The position numbers and the translations under genes are program-made. From the IMG/VR virus record IMGVR_UViG_3300010401_000003, positions 9,645-73,644 of that record: a stretch of DNA of 64,000 nucleotides; one strand, given 5' to 3'. This DNA comes from a virus. Shown piece by piece: positions 27,968 to 36,036 of this stretch. Numbering within the stretch: the stretch's first letter is position 1; each line of letters opens with the position of its first letter. The notes under the pieces were generated by a model that was not told the DNA's origin, made no database searches, and was given only the letters and a program-made list of their open reading frames with translations.

Positions 27968-28656
27968 GCTGCACGACTCACCACTTTCGTTAGCACGTAG
28001 ATCGCGCCCGCCACCAAGGCCACCAATCCGATCGCTGCGCCCGCACTGGCCCCCTGGGCAACACCGCCAGATCCGCCGCCACTCGGCATCGGCTCGTTCC
28101 GCGCTTTGGTGATCGCCTGGAGGTTCTTGGTCATGGCGGCAATGTGTTTGCTCAGCGCGAGCTCGAAGTAGTGCGACTCGCGGAGCGTCTTCGAGAAATT
28201 CGCGATGTCGCCCATGTTGGCCGCCGCGAGCACCTTCGGACGCTGCTTGTAGAGTACCTGGATGAAGTGCGTGAATCCCTCATCGGGCGAAGCGTACTTG
28301 CGAAAGCATGCCTGGTAGGCTGTGCTTCCATGCTCGGGACCGCGATGGTCGGTGGCCTCGAAGCAGCTGCTCGAGCAGGGCGGCAGACCGCACTGCACCG
28401 CGCCCATGTTCCAGGTGTTGCAAGTGGTCGTGCCAGCGGGGATGTTTTTGTAGCAGGCTTGTCCGTAGTAGGACTCGCCGCGCGAAACGGCTTGCGCGAA
28501 TTGGGCCTCTAGTAACGTCGGCGTTCGGCCGAAAACGACCTTGAACGCGTTTTCGATGAAGGTGCGGGCGGAAACGTCGCTTATTTGTGCCGCACCGAGG
28601 CCGACTTGGCGCGCGCCAAGCACTCTCACTTCACCGAGCCAAAGAAGCTTCGACAT
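27964..28656 (-). CDS. Membrane-anchored GH73-like peptidoglycan hydrolase (W-leader family)
   Basis: MSKLLWLGEVRVLGARQVGLGA leader; ESYYG..NMGAVQ..FRKY paralogous to 26325-27098; C-terminal TM. Confidence 0.7.
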   Translation of the reverse strand: MSKLLWLGEVRVLGARQVGLGAAQISDVSARTFIENAFKVVFGRTPTLLEAQFAQAVSRGESYYGQACYKNIPAGTTTCNTWNMGAVQCGLPPCSSSCFEATDHRGPEHGSTAYQACFRKYASPDEGFTHFIQVLYKQRPKVLAAANMGDIANFSKTLRESHYFELALSKHIAAMTKNLQAITKARNEPMPSGGGSGGVAQGASAGAAIGLVALVAGAIYVLTKVVSRAA

Positions 28657-30305
28657 TAGCGCCGACGCTTTCTGCCGCGGGCTCGTCGCTTGTGCGCGCG
28701 TTGGGCGGAGCGCTGCACTTTCGGCGAGCGATAGCCCAGTCGCACTACGCGCTCATGGGGCGCTGGACCTTGCGGCAAATCGCGGATTCCTGCCTCGGTC
28801 GGTCCGCGCCGCAGTCGCCGCGACACCATTGTGGCTGCCGCATCTTGAGAAGGCGCTCCGCTGACTCGATAAACGGTTCCGTCATGGTTGTCATAGACGT
28901 AATACACGCCAGGCGGCGTCTGTGGAGATTCGGCTTCGTCCAGTGGCGTCTTCTTGAACCAACCGGACCAGAAGGCGTTCTCGTTGCTCGGATTCGAACG
29001 TGCCGCTGGCCGCTTCGGCGTGGCCGCTGTAGCACCGCTACTTCCGCCACCGAATATCGCCGCGCCGAGACCGAGGAGCGCGAGCGCCCCGACCGCAATC
29101 AGGATGCCAGTGTTTCCGCCACTTTCCGAGCTCGAAGGCGTTCCCCCGCCCGGGATCGGAGTCGGAGGGATCGGCAGGGGCGTCACGACGCAGAGCTTGC
29201 TCACCGGATCCCAATGGAAGCCGGGATCGCACTGCGTGACGTCGCTCGGATTTCCCGGAACGGGAGTCGGCACGCGCGGAAGCGGCACTTGCGGAGTCGG
29301 CGCCGACGGAACCGGAGCGGATGGCGCCGGCGCGCTCGGAAATCCGGGGTTCGGGAGCTGTCCGGGGACGATCGTGATGCCCTTGGCCTGCGCCCAGACT
29401 TTCAACGAGTAAAGGCCCTGGGTCGTCAGGTCTTGCCACGCGATTTCGTTTTTCGTGGTGGGATTCGGGAGCGGTGGCGCCCATCCGGATTTGTTCCACC
29501 AGTTGTAAAAGTTCGCGAGGGTCCAGCCGTCGCGATCGCCCCAGACGAGCGAAATGTCGGCCGGCTGAAGACCATAGCTGCCGATCGAATTGTTTCCGTC
29601 GGTTCCGTTCCATGCGGCGAGAATCGCCTTGGCCATCGCGACGTCGGCGTCGGGAAGAGCGCCGAGATCGCCGGGACCTTGGATGGTCACGGGAGGCCGA
29701 TAGCGCGAGGTCGATGGAAAGATCGGAGCGATCGTTGTGAGAGGCTGGCGATATCCCGGGGGAGTTGGCATCGGTGCCGGGAGAGTGGGCAGGTAGGGAG
29801 GAATGCACCCGAAGCTGCCGTCGTCATGGACGATCTTCGAGTAGCCCGGAGGGCACGTGGTTTTGATTTGGGTGCCGGTGCTCAGAACTTCGTTGAGACT
29901 CTTCGAGACAGGGTCATAGCAATAGTAGTTAGCATTCCCACTGCCGGCGCTTTTGCTGAAATCGAAGGGTTCGAAGTTGGCGCCTTTCGGCACGAATTCG
30001 AGCGCGCACACCTTGAGCGGCTTCGATGTTTTCTTGGACCATTGCTCATAGAGCGCGCGCATGCGCTGTACGGCGACCCAGCGCAAAACCGTGTTGAAGG
30101 TGATTCCGCTCTGAAGTGGGAAATCTTCATGCACATAGTCATCGCCACCCGGGAGCGGGAAGACGGGGAATGGAGCCGCTGCGTTGAAAACGTAAATCTT
30201 CCACGCACCGCTCGTGTTCCACCACTGCCACTCGGCTGGCGTCATGCCGAGCTGCCCCGGCGCGCCGAGCACTTGGACCTTTTCTTCTAGCCATCGCATC
30301 GACAT
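28656..30305 (-). CDS. Multidomain membrane-anchored protein (W-leader family)
   Basis: MRWLEEKVQVLGAPGQLG leader; internal GDLGAL + TDGNN domain; Pro linkers; TM; RSNP and Arg-rich tail. Confidence 0.7.
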   Translation of the reverse strand: MSMRWLEEKVQVLGAPGQLGMTPAEWQWWNTSGAWKIYVFNAAAPFPVFPLPGGDDYVHEDFPLQSGITFNTVLRWVAVQRMRALYEQWSKKTSKPLKVCALEFVPKGANFEPFDFSKSAGSGNANYYCYDPVSKSLNEVLSTGTQIKTTCPPGYSKIVHDDGSFGCIPPYLPTLPAPMPTPPGYRQPLTTIAPIFPSTSRYRPPVTIQGPGDLGALPDADVAMAKAILAAWNGTDGNNSIGSYGLQPADISLVWGDRDGWTLANFYNWWNKSGWAPPLPNPTTKNEIAWQDLTTQGLYSLKVWAQAKGITIVPGQLPNPGFPSAPAPSAPVPSAPTPQVPLPRVPTPVPGNPSDVTQCDPGFHWDPVSKLCVVTPLPIPPTPIPGGGTPSSSESGGNTGILIAVGALALLGLGAAIFGGGSSGATAATPKRPAARSNPSNENAFWSGWFKKTPLDEAESPQTPPGVYYVYDNHDGTVYRVSGAPSQDAAATMVSRRLRRGPTEAGIRDLPQGPAPHERVVRLGYRSPKVQRSAQRAHKRRARGRKRRR

Positions 30306-30311
30306 GGAACA

Positions 30312-30932
30312 TCACCTCAAGAGCAGGGCAGCAAGACCGAGCACCGCGCCGACGATCGCAAGGACGCCCACCGCCCCAATGCCCTCCGAGCTCGGCGCTG
30401 ACGTGATCGGCGCGGGCGGCGCCGGTAGGGGCGTCTGATTCGTCGGAACCGGAACCGGGATCGGTACGGGCACCGGAACTGGTTGAGGTTGCGTGCGCGG
30501 ACCGCAGGCCGCGAGACAGGTCGCGAGATTCGCGAGATCGCCCGCGTACTTCTGTTGACACGCAAGCGCGCAGTTGACGGATGGCGCCGGAACTTGGCCG
30601 GGATTGATGACGCCCTTTTCCACGCCCCATTGCAGAAGCGCCTGGAGATGCTCGGGCTTCAGATCGATCCAGGTGTACGAGCCGGGCGCGGGGAAGACCG
30701 CGGGCTGCTTGTTGTTGGCCTTCCACCAATTGGCGAAGCAGGCGAGCGCGTTTCCATCGCGCGTTTTCCACGTGGTCGGATCGACGTCGTCCGGCTCGAG
30801 GCCGTAGCCGGTGACGCAATTGTTGCCGTCGGTTGCCACGAACGAAGCGAGCAACGCCTTGGCTTGCGCGTTCGAGGGCGCGTCGAGAGCACCCAAGAAG
30901 TCGACTTTCTTTTCTAGCCAGCGCATGCCCAT
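30312..30932 (-). CDS. Tail-anchored protein (W-leader family) with TDGNN domain
   Basis: MRWLEKKVDFLGAL; TDGNN..YGL..RDG..NWW domain shared with 28656-30305; Cys helix bundle; TM. Confidence 0.7.
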   Translation of the reverse strand: MGMRWLEKKVDFLGALDAPSNAQAKALLASFVATDGNNCVTGYGLEPDDVDPTTWKTRDGNALACFANWWKANNKQPAVFPAPGSYTWIDLKPEHLQALLQWGVEKGVINPGQVPAPSVNCALACQQKYAGDLANLATCLAACGPRTQPQPVPVPVPIPVPVPTNQTPLPAPPAPITSAPSSEGIGAVGVLAIVGAVLGLAALLLR

Positions 30933-30935
30933 GAC

Positions 30936-31514
30936 TCACCTCGAGAGAAAGAATGCCGCGAGGCCGATCACGATACCCGCGATCGCGAGCGCCACGCCGG
31001 TGCCGCCGCCGGACGCCGCGGGCGTCGTAGAGCTCGCGGGCGGCGTCGTCGTGCCACCACCGCCGCCAGATCCGGGACGGGGGATTTTCTTACCGCCGGG
31101 CGTGCCTTGCGTCGTGGGACCGAAGCCGCACTTCTGGCCGCACTGAATCGCGGCGGCTTTGAGCGCCGCTTCGTCGGTGCCTACCGCTTCTTGCTGGAAG
31201 GCGTCCATACATGCGTTGAAGCACGGGCTCACCTTTGCGCCGACCTTCTGCATTTGCTCGTGGTCGACCAAGATCCCCGCGCCGCACGCTTCGGTCATGC
31301 ACTGGTTCACGCACGGCCAAATCAGAAGTCCGCCCCAGCCGCCGATGCCGATCGCGGTGCAGATCGCGTAGCAGGCGTCCTGGTTATAGAGGTTTGCCTG
31401 GCACGCGGAAGTGGTCGGCTCGGTGAAAAGTCCGACGCCAACAGGCGCAGCAAGGCGGCCGTTCCAGCGAACTGAGGAACGCGGGCCGACCTGGCCGCGC
31501 CAAGCTACGATCAC
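30936..31514 (-). CDS. Cys-rich tail-anchored protein (W-leader family)
   Basis: GTG start 31514 (GTGA overlap); VAWRGQVG..GRLAAPVGVG; CxxxC repeats; TM. Confidence 0.7.
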   Translation of the reverse strand: MIVAWRGQVGPRSSVRWNGRLAAPVGVGLFTEPTTSACQANLYNQDACYAICTAIGIGGWGGLLIWPCVNQCMTEACGAGILVDHEQMQKVGAKVSPCFNACMDAFQQEAVGTDEAALKAAAIQCGQKCGFGPTTQGTPGGKKIPRPGSGGGGGTTTPPASSTTPAASGGGTGVALAIAGIVIGLAAFFLSR

Positions 31515-31882
31515 GGGTTTGCTCTCATGTGCCCGCGTCCGCCCGCGAACATGATCGCCGCGGCGACCGCGAGCGCTCCGCCGAGCAACCACACGATCAC
31601 AGGGACGCCCGCCGTCGCCGACGAGCTCGCGGGCGCGGGGGCCGGCGCGGGAGTCGGGGTCGGCGTCGGCGCGGGGACCGGAATGCCGGCGTTGATGACT
31701 TCGCCGATTTTAGCGGGGAGCTCCGCCGGGGTGAGGCCGCACGCCTTGAGGCACGGCTCGATGCACGTGAGGAACGGGCGAGCGTTGGCGCACGATTGCG
31801 CGCAAAGCGCCTCGCAGTTCGAGAGGGCGCCGAGGCGCCCGTTCGGGCGGAGGGCGACTTGTCCTGACCAGGATTGGATCAC
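31511..31882 (-). CDS. Cys-rich tail-anchored protein (W-leader family)
   Basis: MIQSWSGQVALRPNGRLGAL; six-Cys domain; PAPTPTP linker; TM; ends RANP. Confidence 0.7.
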   Translation of the reverse strand: MIQSWSGQVALRPNGRLGALSNCEALCAQSCANARPFLTCIEPCLKACGLTPAELPAKIGEVINAGIPVPAPTPTPTPAPAPAPASSSATAGVPVIVWLLGGALAVAAAIMFAGGRGHMRANP

Positions 31883-33090
31883 GCTGCCGCCCTTCTACGC
31901 TTCGGGGCCGAGCGCCGACGCTTTTGCGAACGAGCTCGCGCCGCGCGCGCGGGCTGCTTCGGGAGGTTCGGGGCACGCATGCCCAAGAAGATCGCGCCGA
32001 TGGCCGCGCCGATGCCGAGTAGCCAACCCCATCCGGAGCCGCCACCGATCCCGGCGGTGGTTGCCGTGGATTCGCAAGATCCGTCAGCTGCGCGCTTGTA
32101 ACCCGTCGGGCACTTGTCGACGCACGATCCGGACACGCACTCCTTGGTCGGATCGGTGCACGGCGTTGCGGGCGTGCACTCCGGAGCGGGCGGCGGAGGA
32201 GCACCACCGCCGCTTCCCGCTGCGGCTTCGCACTCGTTCAGTTGCTGTTGGATTTGGTTGACCTGCGCTTGCGCTGCGTTTCGCGCTGACACTTGTCCGG
32301 CATATTGCGCGTCGAGAGCTTGGCCGGTGGCCGTGTCTCCGTTTTGATACGCCGCGATGCGCGCGGCATCGAGGTCGACGATGTAGCTCTTGATTCCCGC
32401 CAGTTTTGCCTTAGCGGCCTGCAACTGAGCATTTAGCGCGTCGCACGCTTCGTTTTGCCCGAGCCGCCCCTCGCCCGGACCGAACAAGAACGGAACCGGC
32501 GGGCGCGTGATGCGCGTCTGAAATTGCGTGGTCGTGACGGTCGTTCCGCCGAACGGCTGAGTCCCGAACGGGCTCAGCGGGATGCTTCGCCGAAAGAACG
32601 ACGTGAACGGGAACGGATAGACGAACGGGATCGGATTGGGCGGAGGCGGCTGGTAGTTTCCGATCGTCGTCTTGACGCCGTCGTAGGTGCAGTACGAGAC
32701 CGGCTGCATCAGGATGTTGGTCTTGGTGTACGAGCCGCACACGGCCTTGTATTTCCAGACCGGAGTGGCGCCCGGTGGAATGCCGCCCGGCTGCCACGAG
32801 TTGAACGCCTGCGTGATGCCCGCGTAGCCCTGCGCGTGCGTTCGCAGATGCGGCCCGCTGGTGCCGACGAGCTGGCCGTTGTTGTAAAAGTAGTAGGTCC
32901 AGTACTCGAGCTCGTAAGGCGCACCGACGCCTTCCTTCGGTCCGAGCAACTGCTGAGGCCCGCCGGCTCCGCCGCGATCGTGCAAGAACACCGGCCGGAG
33001 ATTCGGCGGCATCACCGCGCTGCCGAAGTACGCTCGCGCGCTCGGTCCGGTTTGCGTCTTCACCGGGTCAATCCATTTCACGAGCGCCAT
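31879..33090 (-). CDS. Multidomain tail-anchored protein (W-leader family)
   Basis: Start MALVKWID at 33090; internal GRLGQ before a coiled coil; Cys-rich EGF-like module; TM; Arg-rich tail. Confidence 0.7.
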   Translation of the reverse strand: MALVKWIDPVKTQTGPSARAYFGSAVMPPNLRPVFLHDRGGAGGPQQLLGPKEGVGAPYELEYWTYYFYNNGQLVGTSGPHLRTHAQGYAGITQAFNSWQPGGIPPGATPVWKYKAVCGSYTKTNILMQPVSYCTYDGVKTTIGNYQPPPPNPIPFVYPFPFTSFFRRSIPLSPFGTQPFGGTTVTTTQFQTRITRPPVPFLFGPGEGRLGQNEACDALNAQLQAAKAKLAGIKSYIVDLDAARIAAYQNGDTATGQALDAQYAGQVSARNAAQAQVNQIQQQLNECEAAAGSGGGAPPPPAPECTPATPCTDPTKECVSGSCVDKCPTGYKRAADGSCESTATTAGIGGGSGWGWLLGIGAAIGAIFLGMRAPNLPKQPARAARARSQKRRRSAPKRRRAAA

Positions 33091-33980
33091 CAGCGTGGTC
33101 CTTTCGGTAAATCTTCGCAGCACGGGAAAAGCTCGACGGCCAAGCCGCCCGCGACTCGTCCGTAAACGACCGGCAAGGGTGAATCGAGCTCCTCGAAGGC
33201 AGAGACGAACTGATCCTCGGGGCGACCGACGCCCGCAGGGATGTTGAGGCCACAACGGCTGACCGGATTGGTCTGATGCACCGAGGCGTAGAAGGTCACT
33301 CGCCCAGGGCCGAGCACCGGGATCGAGAGCTCGCGCGCCGTCGGGTCGAGATAGCGCATGTCGCGCCACGTCCCGAGCAGGTCGACGTCAGCGCCAGGCG
33401 GGATGCCGGCGCCGGGGGGCTTGTACGGCAGGAACGGCGGCACATAGAGCAACGCCGCATCCTGGCCGCTCATCGAAGGGCTCGCGCCGTCCGGTTGCGC
33501 GGGATCGTTGACCGACTCGGGGGAGAAGCGGTGGGGCTCGTAGCGCAAATGCCAGGAGATGTTTCCGTCCTGGAAGTGCCAGCCGGGGGAAGTGATCTCG
33601 AGCTCGACCGGGACCGGTCCGCACTCGGTGCTGCGCGATTGAGGCACGGTGCGAATCGTCGCGTACTGCCAAATGCCGCGGATCACGATCGCGCGCTTCT
33701 TGTCGATTTCGACTTGAAGCAACCGAATCAAGTAGCGCTCAGCTTGCGATCGCGTCGCGTTGTCGGGCACGCGCACGCCAAGCGCGCTCGTGTCTCCCAG
33801 CCACGGCGTCGAACCGATGCCGAGCAAGTCGGGATCGAACGACTGCGTGAAGAGCTCGATCACCGCGCGGCAGTCCCAACGCGGATCGGCGCTCCCCAAA
33901 AACGAGGGATGGCCCACGACGCCCGCGCGCTTGGCGCGCTCGGCAGAGAGAGAGATTACGGATTTGGCGTTTGCCGACAC
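33090..33980 (-). CDS. Candidate capsid/vertex protein
   Basis: Soluble beta-rich protein, third of a three-gene block; assignment is from context only. Confidence 0.35.
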   Translation of the reverse strand: MSANAKSVISLSAERAKRAGVVGHPSFLGSADPRWDCRAVIELFTQSFDPDLLGIGSTPWLGDTSALGVRVPDNATRSQAERYLIRLLQVEIDKKRAIVIRGIWQYATIRTVPQSRSTECGPVPVELEITSPGWHFQDGNISWHLRYEPHRFSPESVNDPAQPDGASPSMSGQDAALLYVPPFLPYKPPGAGIPPGADVDLLGTWRDMRYLDPTARELSIPVLGPGRVTFYASVHQTNPVSRCGLNIPAGVGRPEDQFVSAFEELDSPLPVVYGRVAGGLAVELFPCCEDLPKGPR

Positions 33981-33994
33981 GGGCTATTCCCCTT

Positions 33995-34708
33995 TCAGGG
34001 GCAGCCCGGCCCCAAATCCCTCGGAGCGAAAACGCCCTCTGCCTGGAGCTCGTCGATGATCTGCGTGAAGTCGCAGCCGTTGTAGAGACCGGTCGGAAGC
34101 CGCGTCCCGTGAAAGGTGATAATCGCCTCGGTCGGTACTTCGTCGGCTTGAAGAGTGCGGAGGTTCGTGAAGAGGGCGTCGAAGGTGGCTGAGCACTTCA
34201 AGACCAGGCCGGCGGGGCAGACGCACTCGAAGACCGCTTCGATGTTCTCGAGGGGGGTCGGCTCGGTGTTGATCAGGTAGTTGCAGAACGAGTGGATGAT
34301 GAGCGAGTTCAGGTCGATGTTGGGGTTCAGGCGATTGAAGTAATCGGACTGAGCCTTCCAGATCGATCCTGCCGCGAAGTTCGGGCGGCGCACCGTGTAG
34401 GTGACGCGCCGGATCCAAATGTCGCTTTCGACCGTGCCGAGCATCTGACCCAGCACGGGCTTGTCCGCCGTGGTCGCATCCCAACGCGCTTTCACGCTGA
34501 GCATCACCCAGCCGTTGGTCTCGGTCACCAGCCAGCCGTCGCCAGCCATGCGGTAGCCGAGACCCTTTTTCGCGGCCTGCAAGAGCGTGTGCGCCAGCCG
34601 TGGCTCTTGGAGGGCGATCCCTCCGAGCCATTGCGGCGCCGCCGCTCGGCGCGCCCGGGCGAGCGCGGCCGAAACCTCGTCGCCCGGAGCTGTGTTGGGT
34701 GCGTTCAC
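33995..34708 (-). CDS. Candidate second capsid protein (jelly-roll-like)
   Basis: Alternating beta-strand pattern ending AIITFHGTRL; directly follows the MCP candidate. Confidence 0.35.
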   Translation of the reverse strand: MNAPNTAPGDEVSAALARARRAAAPQWLGGIALQEPRLAHTLLQAAKKGLGYRMAGDGWLVTETNGWVMLSVKARWDATTADKPVLGQMLGTVESDIWIRRVTYTVRRPNFAAGSIWKAQSDYFNRLNPNIDLNSLIIHSFCNYLINTEPTPLENIEAVFECVCPAGLVLKCSATFDALFTNLRTLQADEVPTEAIITFHGTRLPTGLYNGCDFTQIIDELQAEGVFAPRDLGPGCP

Positions 34709-34749
34709 TGGAGTGTGGCCTTGCCGATGACCTTACTTACCCGACGACC

Positions 34750-35934
34750 TTACTTCGCCGAGGCGAGGAGGTTGTCGAATTGCTTCTTGACGTCTTCCGG
34801 CAGGCCGTTCAGGGCGCCGCGGTTCGCGATGAGCTTGCTCGTCAGGTACGAGCCGATGCCCACCTGCTGGTAGAGCATTTCGAGCGCGCTTCCCGAGGTC
34901 ACTCCCGCGAGGTACTCCACGCAAGCCGCCGGCACGAGGTCGTAGCCCGCGAGGACCGCGCCGATCGTGAAACAGCCACCCGGCACCGTGTAGATCCCGG
35001 CGTTGCCCGAGCCGCACTCGAGCGTGTCCGTGAACTGGCTGCTCGGCAGAGTCGGAGTGGCGCAGTCGAGGACCGCGTCGCGCCGCATCGCCGGGAAGAA
35101 GCAGCAATCACCCTCGACGCGCGTGAAACGGACGTCGATGGTCATGCCGGGCAACCAAAGGATCGGGAACGGCAGCGGATAGCAGCGGTTCGAGATGCCC
35201 TTGGTGTGCTGGCTTCCCCACATCGCTTCCGCAGTCGGCGCGGGCATGCACTCGCTACCAGCGGCGGTGTTCTGGGGGATGAATTGCTTGTTGCAACCCT
35301 TGGCCACGAGCACGTCGTTGACGTCGCGATTGAACGGAGTCGTCGAGATGAGCGAGGTGCCGCTCCCGACGAATTCCATGGTCGCTCCGACGAGACCCAT
35401 GACGTGGGCCGCTTCCTCGAAAATCTGGAAATGCCGTCCGATGAACATCGAGACGCGGTACGCCTGGAAGAACTTCTCGATGATGTTCCAGGTCGGGTAA
35501 CCCCATGCGAGCACCGCGTTGTGCTCGTCGAGCGCGCCGGTGCATCCGGTCACGCAAGGGGTCGGTCCGCCCGAGGCGACCACGTTCTTCATGACGCCCG
35601 TGAGCGCGAAGCCCTGGCCCTCTGCGGTCGCCAAGATGCCGAAGCCCATCATGAGGAACGGAGTCTCGACGGTCGTCCCGCGCGAGAGATTGGTCTGGCG
35701 ACCCGGGCACGCTTGCGGCTGGTCGAGCGTGAAGAGTCGGATTTCCCCGGGGAATGCCGCGTCGAATTCCTCGGGCGTCATCGGCAGTTGGTACTGCGCG
35801 ATGTCGTAGAGGCGAGCGGTCAAGCGCGAGAGCGGGCTCTTGCCGGCCGTGATCTGGCCGAGGATGCCGCCCTTGTGGGTCGGCTCGATCTGCGAAAACT
35901 GCTTGTGGTCTGCCTTGATAACTTCGGTCGCCAT
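34750..35934 (-). CDS. Candidate major capsid protein (jelly-roll-like)
   Basis: LYD..IRLF..TNL..G..PFLMMGFGI..PILW..IDVRF..IGAVLAGY strand pattern; own A-rich leader with AAAGGA RBS; N-terminal GGILGQ; no HK97 hallmarks seen. Confidence 0.45.
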   Translation of the reverse strand: MATEVIKADHKQFSQIEPTHKGGILGQITAGKSPLSRLTARLYDIAQYQLPMTPEEFDAAFPGEIRLFTLDQPQACPGRQTNLSRGTTVETPFLMMGFGILATAEGQGFALTGVMKNVVASGGPTPCVTGCTGALDEHNAVLAWGYPTWNIIEKFFQAYRVSMFIGRHFQIFEEAAHVMGLVGATMEFVGSGTSLISTTPFNRDVNDVLVAKGCNKQFIPQNTAAGSECMPAPTAEAMWGSQHTKGISNRCYPLPFPILWLPGMTIDVRFTRVEGDCCFFPAMRRDAVLDCATPTLPSSQFTDTLECGSGNAGIYTVPGGCFTIGAVLAGYDLVPAACVEYLAGVTSGSALEMLYQQVGIGSYLTSKLIANRGALNGLPEDVKKQFDNLLASAK

Positions 35935-36036
35935 TTTCTTTATCGATCCTTTTTCAGCGGGGCCGGCCGGTGTACGTGCGCGGGCGACCCCGATGAATAA
36001 ACGTGTTGGAGCAAACTTTTTGGTGAATTTTCGCGA

